64,000 nt of DNA from an uncultured delta proteobacterium (GTDB lineage: Bacteria > Desulfobacterota > Desulfobacteria > Desulfobacterales > Desulfosalsimonadaceae): contig CAWGYD010000004.1 in assembly GCA_963826785.1 (NCBI GenBank), positions 401,457 to 465,456 of the forward strand, in the 5' to 3' direction. A program made the position numbers and the translations under genes. Position 1 is the stretch's first letter. The number at the start of each line of letters is the position of its first letter. Below the pieces are notes generated by a model, which saw nothing but the letters and a program-made list of their open reading frames with translations, was not told the origin of the DNA and made no database searches. Below, in pieces: positions 38,797-50,994 of this stretch.

Positions 38797-39112
38797 AAGG
38801 TACGAGATATATTTTGCAGATCTCAATCCCGCGATAGGAAGCGAAATAAAAAAGAGTCGCCCCGTGGTCATCATCAGCCAGGATGAAATGAATAAATATC
38901 TGGAAACGGTAGTTGTATGTCCATTAACATCAAAATTGCATCCTCAATGGAGGACCCGGATCCAGATTAAATGCGCGAAAAAAAATGCTGAAATCGCTGT
39001 TGACCAAATTCGTACCATTAGCAAACAAAGATTGAAGGACAAAATTGATCAGCTATCGAATAGCAAAACCGCCCAACTACGAAAACTCATAACCGATATG
39101 TACGGTGAATAA
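38786..39112 (+). CDS. PemK/MazF-family endoribonuclease toxin
   Basis: YFADLNPAIGSEIKKSRPVVII, VCPLTS and DQIRTISKQRL; TTG start overlapping the antitoxin gene. Confidence 0.93.
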   Translation: MSIKRYEIYFADLNPAIGSEIKKSRPVVIISQDEMNKYLETVVVCPLTSKLHPQWRTRIQIKCAKKNAEIAVDQIRTISKQRLKDKIDQLSNSKTAQLRKLITDMYGE

Positions 39113-39120
39113 TTGACTGC

Positions 39121-40851
39121 TCAGTCCTGCATGCTGAGCACATCGCCGCCGGGCAGGCCCAGTTCCATGGCCCGCAGCACCCGGCGCAGGAGTTTGCCCG
39201 AGCGGGTTTTGGGGAGTTTTTCGATGAATACCAGCTCCCGGACGTAGATGTCCCCCGAAAGATTGCCCTTCAAAAACGCCTTGATTTCGTAATTGAGCCG
39301 GTTGGATGAGGCAAATCCTTTTTTCAGGGTCACAAAGGCCTTGAGAAAGGAGATGCCCTGGCCCGGCGCGGTCCCCTTGGAAATCACCGCGGCTTCCGCC
39401 ACCGCCGGGTGCATGGTGAGTACCTGTTCGATTTCAAACGGCCCCAGTATCCGGTCCCCGCCGGCCTTGATCAGGTCATCGTTTCTCCCCTGGTGATAAA
39501 AATAGCCTTCCTCGTCCGCCACCGCCACGTCGCCCGTGATGAACCATCCGTTCATGAAATACCGGGAATACCGCTCCTCATCATGCCACAGGCCGGTCAT
39601 CAGGCCCGGCCAGTTCACCTTGACGGCCAGTTCGCCCAATGTCAGGGCCGGCAGGGGCTCACCGTTTTCATCGATGACGGCCGCTTCGATGCCGGGAAGG
39701 GGTTTGCCCATGGAACCGGGTTTGATGTCCATGCCCGGATAATTGGCGATGCAGATAATGCCGGTTTCGGTCATCCACCAGTTGTCATGGGGGGTGCGCC
39801 TCAGATTTTCCCGAACCCAGTAGAGGAGGTCCGGCACCAGGGGCGCCCCCACCGTTGCGATATGCCGCAGGGCGGACAGGTCGTACCGGGTGGGCAGGTC
39901 TTCCCCCGACTCCATGAGGTCGCGAAGGATGCGGGGGGTGGTGTACCAGGTGGTAACCCGGTGTTTTTCCAGCGCACGGTACCAGTTGGCAGCGGAAAAG
40001 TGGTTTCCGATGAACAGGCTGGTGATGCCGCAGAGCCACGGGGCGAAGGCACCGTAAACCGTGCCCGTGACCCATGCCGGATCCGCATCCGCCCACAAAA
40101 TGGTATCTTCCTTGATGTCCAGCACCCATTTGGCCGAGGTGTAGATGCCGGTCATGTCACCATGGGAATGGATGATACCCTTGGGGGGGCGGGTCGACCC
40201 GGAGGTGAACATCAGGTAGAGCGGCGTTTCTTCGGGAAACAATGCCGCCGGGAGGTGGGCCGGGTAGCGGTCCGGGGTGTTGTCGATGACGGTTTCGCTG
40301 GAAAACAGGCCGGGGGCCGGGCCGTGAACCAGAAGAATGTGGCGCAGTTGATCGGCAAATTCAAACGATATTTTTTCCACCAGGTCGGGATGGGTCAGCA
40401 CACCCCGGGGGGCGATGCTTTCCAGGCGGACTTCGATTTCATAGAAGTTGGAGGTGGAAAAGATCGGGCAGAACAGGACCCCCAGCCGGGCGCAGGCGGC
40501 CATGGCGTAAAATGTTTCCGGGCAGGGGGGCAGAAAGATGACCAGCCGGTCGCCTTTAGCGAATCCGAAATCGCTGAGCATGCCGGCCCACTGGCAGGAT
40601 TTGGCGTAAAGCTGCGCATAGGTGCATTGCTCTTTCCTGAAATGCGATTCGAATACCAGGGCCAGATGGTCTTTTTTTTCCGGGTGCGCCGCCCATTTGT
40701 CGATGGACTCGGCAATGATGTTCATTTCGGTCGCGCTGCCTGCGGAAAACCGCTCCTTGAGCTTTTCCCAGGAAAACCCGGCGCGCGCTTCGTCATAGGC
40801 GGCCAGGTTGGCATCTTGAGGGTTCTCGGCGGGGATTCGGGCTTTGATCAT
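39121..40851 (-). CDS. AcsA-like AMP-forming acyl-CoA synthetase
   Basis: FTSGSTRPPKG, DNWWMTETG, KPGSMGKP and LPKTRSGK. Confidence 0.88.
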   Translation of the reverse strand: MIKARIPAENPQDANLAAYDEARAGFSWEKLKERFSAGSATEMNIIAESIDKWAAHPEKKDHLALVFESHFRKEQCTYAQLYAKSCQWAGMLSDFGFAKGDRLVIFLPPCPETFYAMAACARLGVLFCPIFSTSNFYEIEVRLESIAPRGVLTHPDLVEKISFEFADQLRHILLVHGPAPGLFSSETVIDNTPDRYPAHLPAALFPEETPLYLMFTSGSTRPPKGIIHSHGDMTGIYTSAKWVLDIKEDTILWADADPAWVTGTVYGAFAPWLCGITSLFIGNHFSAANWYRALEKHRVTTWYTTPRILRDLMESGEDLPTRYDLSALRHIATVGAPLVPDLLYWVRENLRRTPHDNWWMTETGIICIANYPGMDIKPGSMGKPLPGIEAAVIDENGEPLPALTLGELAVKVNWPGLMTGLWHDEERYSRYFMNGWFITGDVAVADEEGYFYHQGRNDDLIKAGGDRILGPFEIEQVLTMHPAVAEAAVISKGTAPGQGISFLKAFVTLKKGFASSNRLNYEIKAFLKGNLSGDIYVRELVFIEKLPKTRSGKLLRRVLRAMELGLPGGDVLSMQD

Positions 40852-40961
40852 AATCTGGGTTTTCCGTTGAATTTAGATTTTTCTGGCAGCGAAGTCCCCA
40901 TTTAAAGGGGGATTTGATAGCCGAATTATGGTAAATCCGTTGGTGCTTCCCCGAATTTTCT

Positions 40962-42029
40962 TCAGGCCTGCAGTTCCGTCATCACCCCAAACTGCCGGTG
41001 AATGCTTCTGACGGAAGCGATCAGATCCCTGACCGCGGGTGATCCGGCGCCGGGGTGCGGCACCGGCGGAAGATCGGCCCCCTCTAATGCCGACAGCACC
41101 GATTTTATGCAGTTGGCCAGCGCCATCGGCTCGTATCCGCCCTCCAGGGCCAAAAACAGGGGCGGGGCCGGATCGGACACGGATGCGGCCGAGTCCATGA
41201 TCAGCCGGGTGATGCGGCCGTATACCTGTTCGGAAAACCGGGACCGGCCGATGGGGTCATCGTTGTGGGCATCGAATCCGGCGGCTACCATGATGAGCTG
41301 GGGCTTGTACCCGGCAATGACCGGCCCCAGGGTTTGATCATAGAGCAGCACCAGGTCATCGTCCGTAAACGACCGGTCGATGGGGATATTCATGGTGTGG
41401 CCCGCCCCGATCCCCACCCCGGTCTGGGTCATTTCCCCGGAGTAGGGGTAGAGCATAAGATCATGGGTGGAATAATAATAGACATTTTTTTGGCCGTAAA
41501 AAGTATCGTTTAAGCCGTTTCCGTGATGGATGTCCCAGTCCACGATCAGGATCCGTTCGATGGGATGATTGTCCATTGCGTAGCGGGCGGCGATGGCGAT
41601 GTTGTTGAAGATACAGAACCCGGAAGACTTGTCGGCAAGGGCGTGGTGGCCCGGGGGGCGCACCAGGGCGAAAAATGCGTCGCAGCGGCCGGCCATCAAA
41701 AGATCCACTCCCTGGATGCAGGCCCCGGCCGCCAGCCAGGCGGACAGGTAGCTATGGGCCGAAACCGGCGTATCCGGTGCCAGGCTGGTGATGCGCTGGT
41801 CCGCTGTTTTTAAGATCCGCCGGGTGTGGGCCGGGGTATGCACCCGCTCCACCTGCTGGAGCGTGGCGGGTTCGGCCCGGATCTCCAGGAACCGGCCGGC
41901 AAAATCCCGGGCAAGCATTCGAAAGACAGCGGAGAGCCGCTTGGGATGCTCGGGATGAAAATGGCCGGTTTTATGTTCGCCGAACCGTTCGTCGCGGACA
42001 ATGCCGACCCGATAGGGTTTAATGGTCAA
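40962..42029 (-). CDS. Zn-dependent histone-deacetylase-family protein (AcuC-like)
   Basis: HPEHPKRL, RPPGHHA, GFCIFNN, DWDIHHGNG, GFDAH.DDP and LEGGY. Confidence 0.93.
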   Translation of the reverse strand: MTIKPYRVGIVRDERFGEHKTGHFHPEHPKRLSAVFRMLARDFAGRFLEIRAEPATLQQVERVHTPAHTRRILKTADQRITSLAPDTPVSAHSYLSAWLAAGACIQGVDLLMAGRCDAFFALVRPPGHHALADKSSGFCIFNNIAIAARYAMDNHPIERILIVDWDIHHGNGLNDTFYGQKNVYYYSTHDLMLYPYSGEMTQTGVGIGAGHTMNIPIDRSFTDDDLVLLYDQTLGPVIAGYKPQLIMVAAGFDAHNDDPIGRSRFSEQVYGRITRLIMDSAASVSDPAPPLFLALEGGYEPMALANCIKSVLSALEGADLPPVPHPGAGSPAVRDLIASVRSIHRQFGVMTELQA

Positions 42030-42055
42030 AATTCACCGGAATTGATGTTTTGCCC

Positions 42056-42134
42056 GCAGGGGCAGGCACGGGGGCCTGCCCTGCGGTATTCTCGGATTGA
42101 TGCATTGCAGGGGCGGCCCCCTGTGGCCGCCCCC
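42056..42134. repeat. GC-rich REP-like hairpins (family B)
   Basis: GCAGGGGCAGGCACGGGGGCCTGCCCTGC and GCAGGGGCGGCCCCCTGTGGCCGCCCC; a related GCGGGGGCGGCCCCCTGGCCGCCC lies at 52037. Confidence 0.7.
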
Positions 42135-42149
42135 TTAAATCCGCAATTT

Positions 42150-44108
<1,959 letters not shown>

Positions 44109-44164
44109 AGGATCTCCTTTTTCCTGTGGTGTGGTGGTGATTTTCCCTTTCCTGTCTTCATGCC

Positions 44165-46048
44165 TTATGATTTCGCTTCCGGTGCTTCAAACCGGCAATT
44201 TAAGATCATCATACCGTCATCAAGCGTCGTCTTGACCTTGTAGGGGAGAGTTTTAAACAGCTTGATCATCCCCTTGTTTTCGGGTGCGGTATAGGCGACC
44301 AGCCCGGATACCCCGTTGTCCTGAGCCGCTTCGGCCAGCTTCATCAGGATCACCCGGGCGATTCCTTTTCCCTGCCAGGGCCGGGCCACGGAAAAAGCCA
44401 CTTCCGCGATGTTGTTTTTGGATTCGAGCATATAGGCGCCCACCCCGATGACCGTGCCGAATCCGAATTCCCCGGTCAGCGCCAGGATGGTAAGGTTTTT
44501 CACATAATCGGTCTCGATCATGGAGTCCACGAACTCTTCGCGAAGAAAGCTGGTCTTTTCGTAAAAGAACCGGGAGATGACGTCCTTTTTGTCCAGGTTG
44601 TAAAAATGCTCCTGGATTCGCCGGTCGTCAACGGGCTTGGCCGGCCGGAACTTGACCACCTGGGCCCCGAAGCGGCGGGTTTCTTCCAGCCCGGCCGGGT
44701 ACACGCTGCGAAGGGATTCCCCAAGGCGCCGCCCGGCACTCATCAGGTTGAGTTCCTTTGCCATCTGGAACAGTTCGTCCCGGAACTTGGGATGCGCCAG
44801 GCTGATCATGGCGATGGCGCGCTCCTGAAGGTTTTTGCCGAACAGGTTGACCGCGCCGTATTCGCTCACCACGTAGGACACATCGCCCCTGGGGATGACG
44901 ACCGCACCGTCTTTGATTTCCGGGACGATGCGGCTGGCGGCCCCGTCCATGGAAGTGGAAGGGATCAGCAGGATCGATTTGCCTTCCGGCGCCGCCGCCG
45001 CCCCCCGCATGAAATCGAGGATGGAAGAGACCCCGGCGAAATAGTTGTGGGGCAGGGCGTCCACCGCCGCCTGTCCGGTAAGATCCATTTCCAGGACCAT
45101 GTTCACCACCACCATCTTGTTGTGCTGGGCGATGATTCCCGGATTGTTGACGTAATCGGACGGGTAAAATTCGATGGAGGGGTTGTCGTGGACAAACTCA
45201 TAGAGGTTTTTCGACCCCACGGCATTGCTGGCCACGATCTTTCCTTCGTTTAAGCCTTTATACCGGTTGGTGATAACGCCCCTGGATACCAGGTCCATGA
45301 GTCCGTCGATGACGAACTGGGTATGAATGCCCAGGTCGTTTTTGCCGGACAGTGCCAGGAGAATGGCCTTGGGCGTGGCCCCCAGCCCCAGTTGAAAGGT
45401 GGAGCCGTCTTCCACCAGGTTGGCCACCAGGCGGGCGATCTTGTGGGCGGATTCAAATTCCGGGAGCTGCTCGATGGTGAGCAGGTCTTCCTCGTATTCG
45501 ACAACCACGTCCACATCATTGACGTGGATGAAGCTGTGGCCGAGCACCCGGGGCATATTGGAGTTGACATGGGCGATCACCAGGTCTGCGGCCCGGGCGG
45601 CGGCCAGCCCCACGTCCACCGATATCCCCAGGCTCATCCATCCGAAATCGTCCGGCGGGGAGGTCTGGATGAGGGCGGCATTGATGGGCAGATGCCTTTT
45701 CTTGAACAGATTGGGGACCGCCGAGATATTCATGGGCGTGATGAACGGCTTGCTGGACGCAAGGTGTTTGGCTGCAGCCGAACCCTGGTAGATGTTGCGG
45801 ATACTGAAATTTTCCAGTTTGGCTTTTTCCGCCAGCTTCGTGATCGGTGAATTTTCCAGGCTCATCAGCCGGACGATTTCAAGATCCGAAAAGCGGTCGG
45901 CCATGGATACCAGGGTTCGGACCAGGTGCTGGGGTTCCCCGCAGGAAGAGCCGATGAAGATGCGCTGACCGGATTTGATCCGGGATATCGCCTCCTGGGC
46001 GGTTCGGCGTTTGTTCAGGTATTCATCCGGCCAGTAACGATTCTCCAT
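44165..46048 (-). CDS. Acetyl-CoA hydrolase/CoA-transferase domain fused to a C-terminal GNAT acetyltransferase
   Basis: [35 protein letters not shown] and VVSEYG, then [17 protein letters not shown]...NKGMIKLF (GNAT). Confidence 0.92.
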   Translation of the reverse strand: MENRYWPDEYLNKRRTAQEAISRIKSGQRIFIGSSCGEPQHLVRTLVSMADRFSDLEIVRLMSLENSPITKLAEKAKLENFSIRNIYQGSAAAKHLASSKPFITPMNISAVPNLFKKRHLPINAALIQTSPPDDFGWMSLGISVDVGLAAARAADLVIAHVNSNMPRVLGHSFIHVNDVDVVVEYEEDLLTIEQLPEFESAHKIARLVANLVEDGSTFQLGLGATPKAILLALSGKNDLGIHTQFVIDGLMDLVSRGVITNRYKGLNEGKIVASNAVGSKNLYEFVHDNPSIEFYPSDYVNNPGIIAQHNKMVVVNMVLEMDLTGQAAVDALPHNYFAGVSSILDFMRGAAAAPEGKSILLIPSTSMDGAASRIVPEIKDGAVVIPRGDVSYVVSEYGAVNLFGKNLQERAIAMISLAHPKFRDELFQMAKELNLMSAGRRLGESLRSVYPAGLEETRRFGAQVVKFRPAKPVDDRRIQEHFYNLDKKDVISRFFYEKTSFLREEFVDSMIETDYVKNLTILALTGEFGFGTVIGVGAYMLESKNNIAEVAFSVARPWQGKGIARVILMKLAEAAQDNGVSGLVAYTAPENKGMIKLFKTLPYKVKTTLDDGMMILNCRFEAPEAKS

Positions 46049-46314
46049 GGCGCAACTCCGTTTCTACAATTGTGAAATGAGATGGTGGACGCCTGATCAT
46101 CATTGTAAACACTGTACCAAGTACCACAGGCGATTTTCAATTGACAACAAAATTCTGCTCACTAAAGGGCTTCGGAAATAGCGAAAAAGTGCATCTGAAA
46201 CCTGAAATGCGGTTTTAGAACGGTATGTTGAATGCACGCAGCGGCTCGATCCCTGGGACGTCAAATATCCGGGCGCAATCCGCCCTCGCGCCCCGGCCAT
46301 TGTTTTCAAGCTGC

Positions 46315-46980
46315 CTACAGGAAGGATTCGATAAATTTCCGAACTTCTTTTTTCCCCCTGAATATTCCGAAATGCCCCTCGCAAAGGATGTCCGCGTCCA
46401 GCTCAGCCAGTTTTCTGAGAGACTTCGCGTAGTCATTCTGGTCGGATTTGAGCACCGGGTGAAGCGGGCCATGCACGTCCTGGCCGAACAGGACCCGCTG
46501 GCCGTCGGAATCCATCATGTAGGCGACCGATCCGGGCGAGTGGCCAGGAATATGAATGGCGGTGATATTCCGGTCTCCCAGAAGAACCTGGACCGAATCG
46601 GAGGCCAGTTTGTGGTCCACCGTGCAGGGTTCGATGTGCTGACCGTACCAGCCGGCGGCAGTGACCAGGTTGTTGCCTTCTTCGAGGTAAACGGCGTCAA
46701 GTTCGTGGGCCACGGTCATGCAGCCGGTGATTTCCCGGACGTTCCGGGCGCCGCCGGTGTGGTCGATATGGCAGTGGGTGATGAGCAGGTACTCGATCTG
46801 CTCCGGCGTCACTCCGCATGACCGGATATTTTCGAACAGGGGCTCCGGGTCCCCGCCGCATCCGGCGTCCACCAGGGAGGCGTGCCCTTCGAATTTGATC
46901 AGAAAAACGGCGGCATCGTTTTGTGAAGTCAGATCCGGCCCCCCCACCTGAAAAATTTCCGATGTGATTTCTGCATGCAT
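46315..46980 (-). CDS. MBL-fold metallohydrolase
   Basis: THCHIDHTGG, PGHSPGS and CEGH. Confidence 0.93.
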   Translation of the reverse strand: MHAEITSEIFQVGGPDLTSQNDAAVFLIKFEGHASLVDAGCGGDPEPLFENIRSCGVTPEQIEYLLITHCHIDHTGGARNVREITGCMTVAHELDAVYLEEGNNLVTAAGWYGQHIEPCTVDHKLASDSVQVLLGDRNITAIHIPGHSPGSVAYMMDSDGQRVLFGQDVHGPLHPVLKSDQNDYAKSLRKLAELDADILCEGHFGIFRGKKEVRKFIESFL

Positions 46981-46982
46981 GA

Positions 46983-47750
46983 TCAGTCATCCATTATGTT
47001 GCGCCCGGCAAACAGGATGCCCTGGTTGACCGGACTGTATTGATAGGTAATCGGATATGGCGACAGGCCCAGACCGGCAAGGGTCCGGCTGATAAAATGA
47101 GACGATCCCAATTCAAGTGTTGCCGCAGACCGGGTCATGGTCTGGGCGAACCGGATGGGATTGATAAATACATTGGCCTTGATGGGGATGTCACCGATCA
47201 TCGAATACGTGGTAAACCGGGTGACCTTTTCCCGCCGGGTGGGCAGAACCCGGCCCCGAAGGGACAGGATCTTTTCGTCACCCTCGGACAGGTGGCAGGT
47301 GATGGCGGAACCGGATTTTTCAAAGGCGATGCCGGCAATGAATTTGGGAAAGCCGTACATCTGAACCCCACCTTTGCGGGCGATCTCCGTGGTGACCGGC
47401 AACTGCCAGATATAGGCGGAGAAATGGCGCCGGGCCATCTGCAGCACGGGGGTGATCCCCGCGATCCGGGGCTTGCCATAAGAGACGATGACGGCGACGG
47501 CAAACTCGTTGTAGGGATCGATATCCGTTTTGTGGTATTCGAATGCGGAAAACGCGATCAACGCCCGTCCCGGATAGAGTTCCACCGGATACATTCCGCC
47601 GGGGGGGAGCAGCGCTCTTATTTTATTCGTATCTGCCGTATAAATGGCGGTGATGGAAGTGGTGTCGTAATAAAAAACCGGGAGCAGCGCCTGCTCGCCT
47701 TCCCATTCCATTTCCCATTGTTTGATGCCGCTGAAAAAATCGGTATTCAT
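46983..47750 (-). CDS. Acetoacetate decarboxylase family protein
   Basis: DIDPYNEFAV and WQLPVTTEIARKGG..YGFPK; ATG 47750 follows GGAG. Confidence 0.85.
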   Translation of the reverse strand: MNTDFFSGIKQWEMEWEGEQALLPVFYYDTTSITAIYTADTNKIRALLPPGGMYPVELYPGRALIAFSAFEYHKTDIDPYNEFAVAVIVSYGKPRIAGITPVLQMARRHFSAYIWQLPVTTEIARKGGVQMYGFPKFIAGIAFEKSGSAITCHLSEGDEKILSLRGRVLPTRREKVTRFTTYSMIGDIPIKANVFINPIRFAQTMTRSAATLELGSSHFISRTLAGLGLSPYPITYQYSPVNQGILFAGRNIMDD

Positions 47751-47787
47751 AGATCGGCTCCGTTGGAAAAAGACATAGCCGGCGTAC

Positions 47788-48141
47788 CTATTCATCCCCG
47801 GATTCCGGATGCGCGCCCAGCCGTCCGAAATGGGACAGGGGAGAGACGGCATATATCCCCTGGGAAGGCTTTCCGGTTTTCCGGCACAGTTCTTCCATAA
47901 AGGAAATTGCCGAATCGAGCATGAACGCATCCTCGATGGCGGCAAATATCGTGTTGTTGTGTCGCCCGCCGCCGCTGGTCAGGCTTCTCAGGCCCGCAAA
48001 GATGGGCACATGCTGGGATACCAGCTGCAGCGCACCCGTGCTTTCAATCACCGTTGCCCCCGGGATGCCCAGGTCCAGCCATCCGGTGATCAGTTCATCC
48101 AGCAGGTCTTCGTTTTCGATGACGGCTATGAGTAAGTACAC
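47788..48141 (-). CDS. PII-fold (GlnB-like) small protein
   Basis: GTG start; LLIAVIENEDLLDEL...GIPGATVIESTG...PIFAGLR...NNTIFAAI...GIYAVSPL. Confidence 0.7.
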   Translation of the reverse strand: MYLLIAVIENEDLLDELITGWLDLGIPGATVIESTGALQLVSQHVPIFAGLRSLTSGGGRHNNTIFAAIEDAFMLDSAISFMEELCRKTGKPSQGIYAVSPLSHFGRLGAHPESGDE

Positions 48142-48238
48142 TGCCCATCCTGTTCCTAAATATAATGACGGCCGGGGAATCCCGCCACAATTGCACGGCA
48201 GAACCGTCGTCATTTCATGGGTGTTGGTGTTGTGAAGT

Positions 48239-48724
48239 TCAGGTGATACCGGGGCGGACCGGGGCGGTGCTCTGCTCCAGGCGGTCGATCTCATCCCAGA
48301 GACGACGGGGATCGTTTTCCTGTTTTACTGCTTTTAAAAAATCGGGATTCCGGCAAAGCCGCGAGACCCGGGCCAGCAGGCGGACATGAATGGCGGGGTC
48401 TGCCTCGGGAATGATCAGGGAGAGGATGACATCCACCGGCCGGTGGTCCAGCGCCTCGAAGGGCACGGGCGTCTTCAGGCGGATCAGCAGAACGGCGGCA
48501 TTCTCGGCTTCCGGGCTGGTGGTATGCGGAAAACCGATTCCGCCGCCCACCCCCGTGCTCATGGTCTCTTCCCGCTCCAGCAGGCCCTTGTACAGCTGAT
48601 CAAAATGATCGACGATGCCGTTTTTTACGCACACTTCGGCAACATAGCGCAACACACCGGTTTTGTCCGATAACGGCACATCCAGGTAGATGTTTGCCGG
48701 CCGCAGGTAGTCAGTGATTCTCAC
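48239..48724 (-). CDS. PTS EIIA domain protein (PtsN/fructose-mannitol type)
   Basis: LLEREETMSTGVGGGIGFPH (phosphoacceptor His), FEALDHRPV and HVRLLARVSR. Confidence 0.92.
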   Translation of the reverse strand: MRITDYLRPANIYLDVPLSDKTGVLRYVAEVCVKNGIVDHFDQLYKGLLEREETMSTGVGGGIGFPHTTSPEAENAAVLLIRLKTPVPFEALDHRPVDVILSLIIPEADPAIHVRLLARVSRLCRNPDFLKAVKQENDPRRLWDEIDRLEQSTAPVRPGIT

Positions 48725-48946
48725 TATAACTCCTAATATTTATTATTAATAAATAATTAGGTCAACTTATCCAAATTGTCAAGTCAATCCCGGAAATGTT
48801 ATGCACCGGTGAATATTTTCAGCACATTCAGGCACGTTTGATTATTCAGACCCGATGGGTTTTGCTTGACACCGGTTTTGATGCAATGCTATTTTCAATT
48901 ATAACTTTTTGAAACTATAAGATTTTTGCAAAAGCGTGATCGCCCG

Positions 48947-50437
48947 ATGGGTCGTATCGATTTAAAAATTTACCGTTCGCCGCTGCAGTGCCCCATTTTC
49001 TGGTTTTGCCTGGCCGTGCTGTCGATCCTCCTGCTCGCACCTGCGGCCGGTGCGGCAAAAACCGTTTACGTGATCCCGGTGGAAGGCACCGTGGATCCGG
49101 GCATGGCCGCATTCATCGAGCGGGCCCGGCGCGATGTTTCAAAAGATCCGGACCATCCACTGGTGGTGCTTGAAATGGACACCTTTGGCGGCCGGGTCGA
49201 TTCCGCCCTGGAAATCGTCGATACCCTGCTGACGCTGCCGCCGGAGCAGACCGTCGCCTTTGTGGAGAAAAAGGCCATTTCCGCCGGCGCCCTGATCTCG
49301 CTGTCCTGCGGCAGCCTGGTCATGCGGCCGGCCACCACCATCGGCGACAGCGCGCCCATTTCCTATTCCCAGGAGGGTGCGGAAATGCTGGGAGAGAAAT
49401 TCCAGTCCCCCATCCGGGCCAAGTTCCGGGCGCTGGCCATCCGAAACGGATACCCGGTGGATCTGGCCGAGGCCATGGTCACGCCGGAAAAAGAGGTCTT
49501 CGCCGTGGAAATGAACGGCAAGCGCGAGTTTTTGAATGAAAAGGAATACGCCGATTTGACCGATGCGGAGAAAAAGGCCATCACTTTCAAGAAAACCGTG
49601 GTGGCCAAAGGGGAGCTTCTGACCCTGCATGCCGAGGAGGCCGTGGAACTCGGCTTTGCGAAAATGATCGCCGATTCCATCCCGGACATGCTTTCCAAGA
49701 TGGGACTGGCGGAGGCGAAGGTGGTGCGCATCGAGCAGACCTGGTCGGAATCGATGGTGAGAATGATCGGCGCCATCTCCCCGATCCTGATCATGATTGG
49801 CCTTGCCGCCCTGTACATGGAAATGAAAGCGCCGGGTTTCGGTCTGCCCGGCCTGATCGGGATTCTGTGCCTGGGGATCGTCTTTTTCAACCAGTACCTG
49901 GTGGGCCTGGCCAATTACAGCGAACTGCTGATACTCATCGCCGGGCTGGTGCTGATGGGGTTTGAGGTGTTTGTCCTGCCGGGCTTCGGCATCGCCGGTT
50001 TTGCCGGAATCGTATTGATCGCCGTCGGGATGGTCCTGTCCTTTCAAAATTTTGTCATTCCCAATCCTTCCATCCCCTGGGAAATGGACCTGTTTATTCA
50101 CAACATCATTATCGTGCTCGGCGCTTACTTATTTGCCTTTCTGGTGGGGCTGTTTTTCATCCGCTACATTTTTCCCCTGCTGTCGAAGGCATTTGAGGGG
50201 CCGTATCTGACCACCACTTTAAAGGACGCCCATGCGGATTCCAGTGAAATCGGAAACATCCGGCCCGGGGATACCGGCGTGGCCTTGACCTTTCTGCGCC
50301 CGGCGGGCAAGATGAAGATCGGTGACAACGTCTATGACGTGGTCACTGAAAACGAGTTTCTGGAAAAGGGAACCCCGCTGGTGGTCCTTTCAGTCAAACG
50401 AAACCGCATAGTCGTTGCCGGGAGTAAAGCCGCATGA
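48947..50437 (+). CDS. nfeD: Long NfeD membrane-bound serine protease (ClpP-like, TM and OB domains)
   Basis: DTFGGRVDSA, AISAGALI, GELLTL, KAPGFG and LRPAGK; start uncertain (48926 or 48947). Confidence 0.9.
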   Translation: MGRIDLKIYRSPLQCPIFWFCLAVLSILLLAPAAGAAKTVYVIPVEGTVDPGMAAFIERARRDVSKDPDHPLVVLEMDTFGGRVDSALEIVDTLLTLPPEQTVAFVEKKAISAGALISLSCGSLVMRPATTIGDSAPISYSQEGAEMLGEKFQSPIRAKFRALAIRNGYPVDLAEAMVTPEKEVFAVEMNGKREFLNEKEYADLTDAEKKAITFKKTVVAKGELLTLHAEEAVELGFAKMIADSIPDMLSKMGLAEAKVVRIEQTWSESMVRMIGAISPILIMIGLAALYMEMKAPGFGLPGLIGILCLGIVFFNQYLVGLANYSELLILIAGLVLMGFEVFVLPGFGIAGFAGIVLIAVGMVLSFQNFVIPNPSIPWEMDLFIHNIIIVLGAYLFAFLVGLFFIRYIFPLLSKAFEGPYLTTTLKDAHADSSEIGNIRPGDTGVALTFLRPAGKMKIGDNVYDVVTENEFLEKGTPLVVLSVKRNRIVVAGSKAA

Positions 50438-50913
50438 GCGCCGCCCTGATCATCCCCATCGTCCTGCAGCTGGCCGGGGTCATCGTATTGATCGCCGAGA
50501 TCGTGCTCCCTTCCGGCGGGGTGCTCACCATTTTGTCCATCGGCCTGTTCGGGTATTCGCTCTTCATGGTATTCACCACATTTTCCGGTACCATCGGTAT
50601 GATCTTTGTCCTTGCGGATGTCATCATACTGCCGGTGGCGCTTTATTTCGGTATCCAGATGCTGGCCCGGGGCCCGGCCACGTTGAAGTCGACCCTGCTC
50701 AGGACGTCGGGTTTTTCCTCCCAGTCGGAGGAGCTGATCCGGTACCTGGATCAACCCGGGACCGCCATGACCGACCTGCGGCCGGCGGGTGCGGCCCGCA
50801 TCAGCGGAAACCGGGTCGATGTGGTCAGCCGGGGAGAATACATCGAAAAAGGCGCTGAAATCGTGGTGATCAAGGTGGAGGGCAACCGGGTGGTGGTCCG
50901 GCAAAAGGCATAA
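50434..50913 (+). CDS. Short NfeD-like protein
   Basis: AEIVLPSGG TM region; TDLRPAGAARISGNRVDVVSRGEYI OB fold; ATGA overlap. Confidence 0.88.
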   Translation: MSAALIIPIVLQLAGVIVLIAEIVLPSGGVLTILSIGLFGYSLFMVFTTFSGTIGMIFVLADVIILPVALYFGIQMLARGPATLKSTLLRTSGFSSQSEELIRYLDQPGTAMTDLRPAGAARISGNRVDVVSRGEYIEKGAEIVVIKVEGNRVVVRQKA

Positions 50914-50994
50914 AGGCGCTGGCTTTGCGAGAAAATGTGCTTTGCCGGTATATTTCCGATACGCAAATTCAATATTTAAAATCAAGGAGGGATC

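Noticed and set aside
50913..50930. Sigma54 promoter before floA (GG-N10-GC)
   Set aside because: Poor match to TGGCACG-N4-TTGC and expected by chance in GC-rich DNA.
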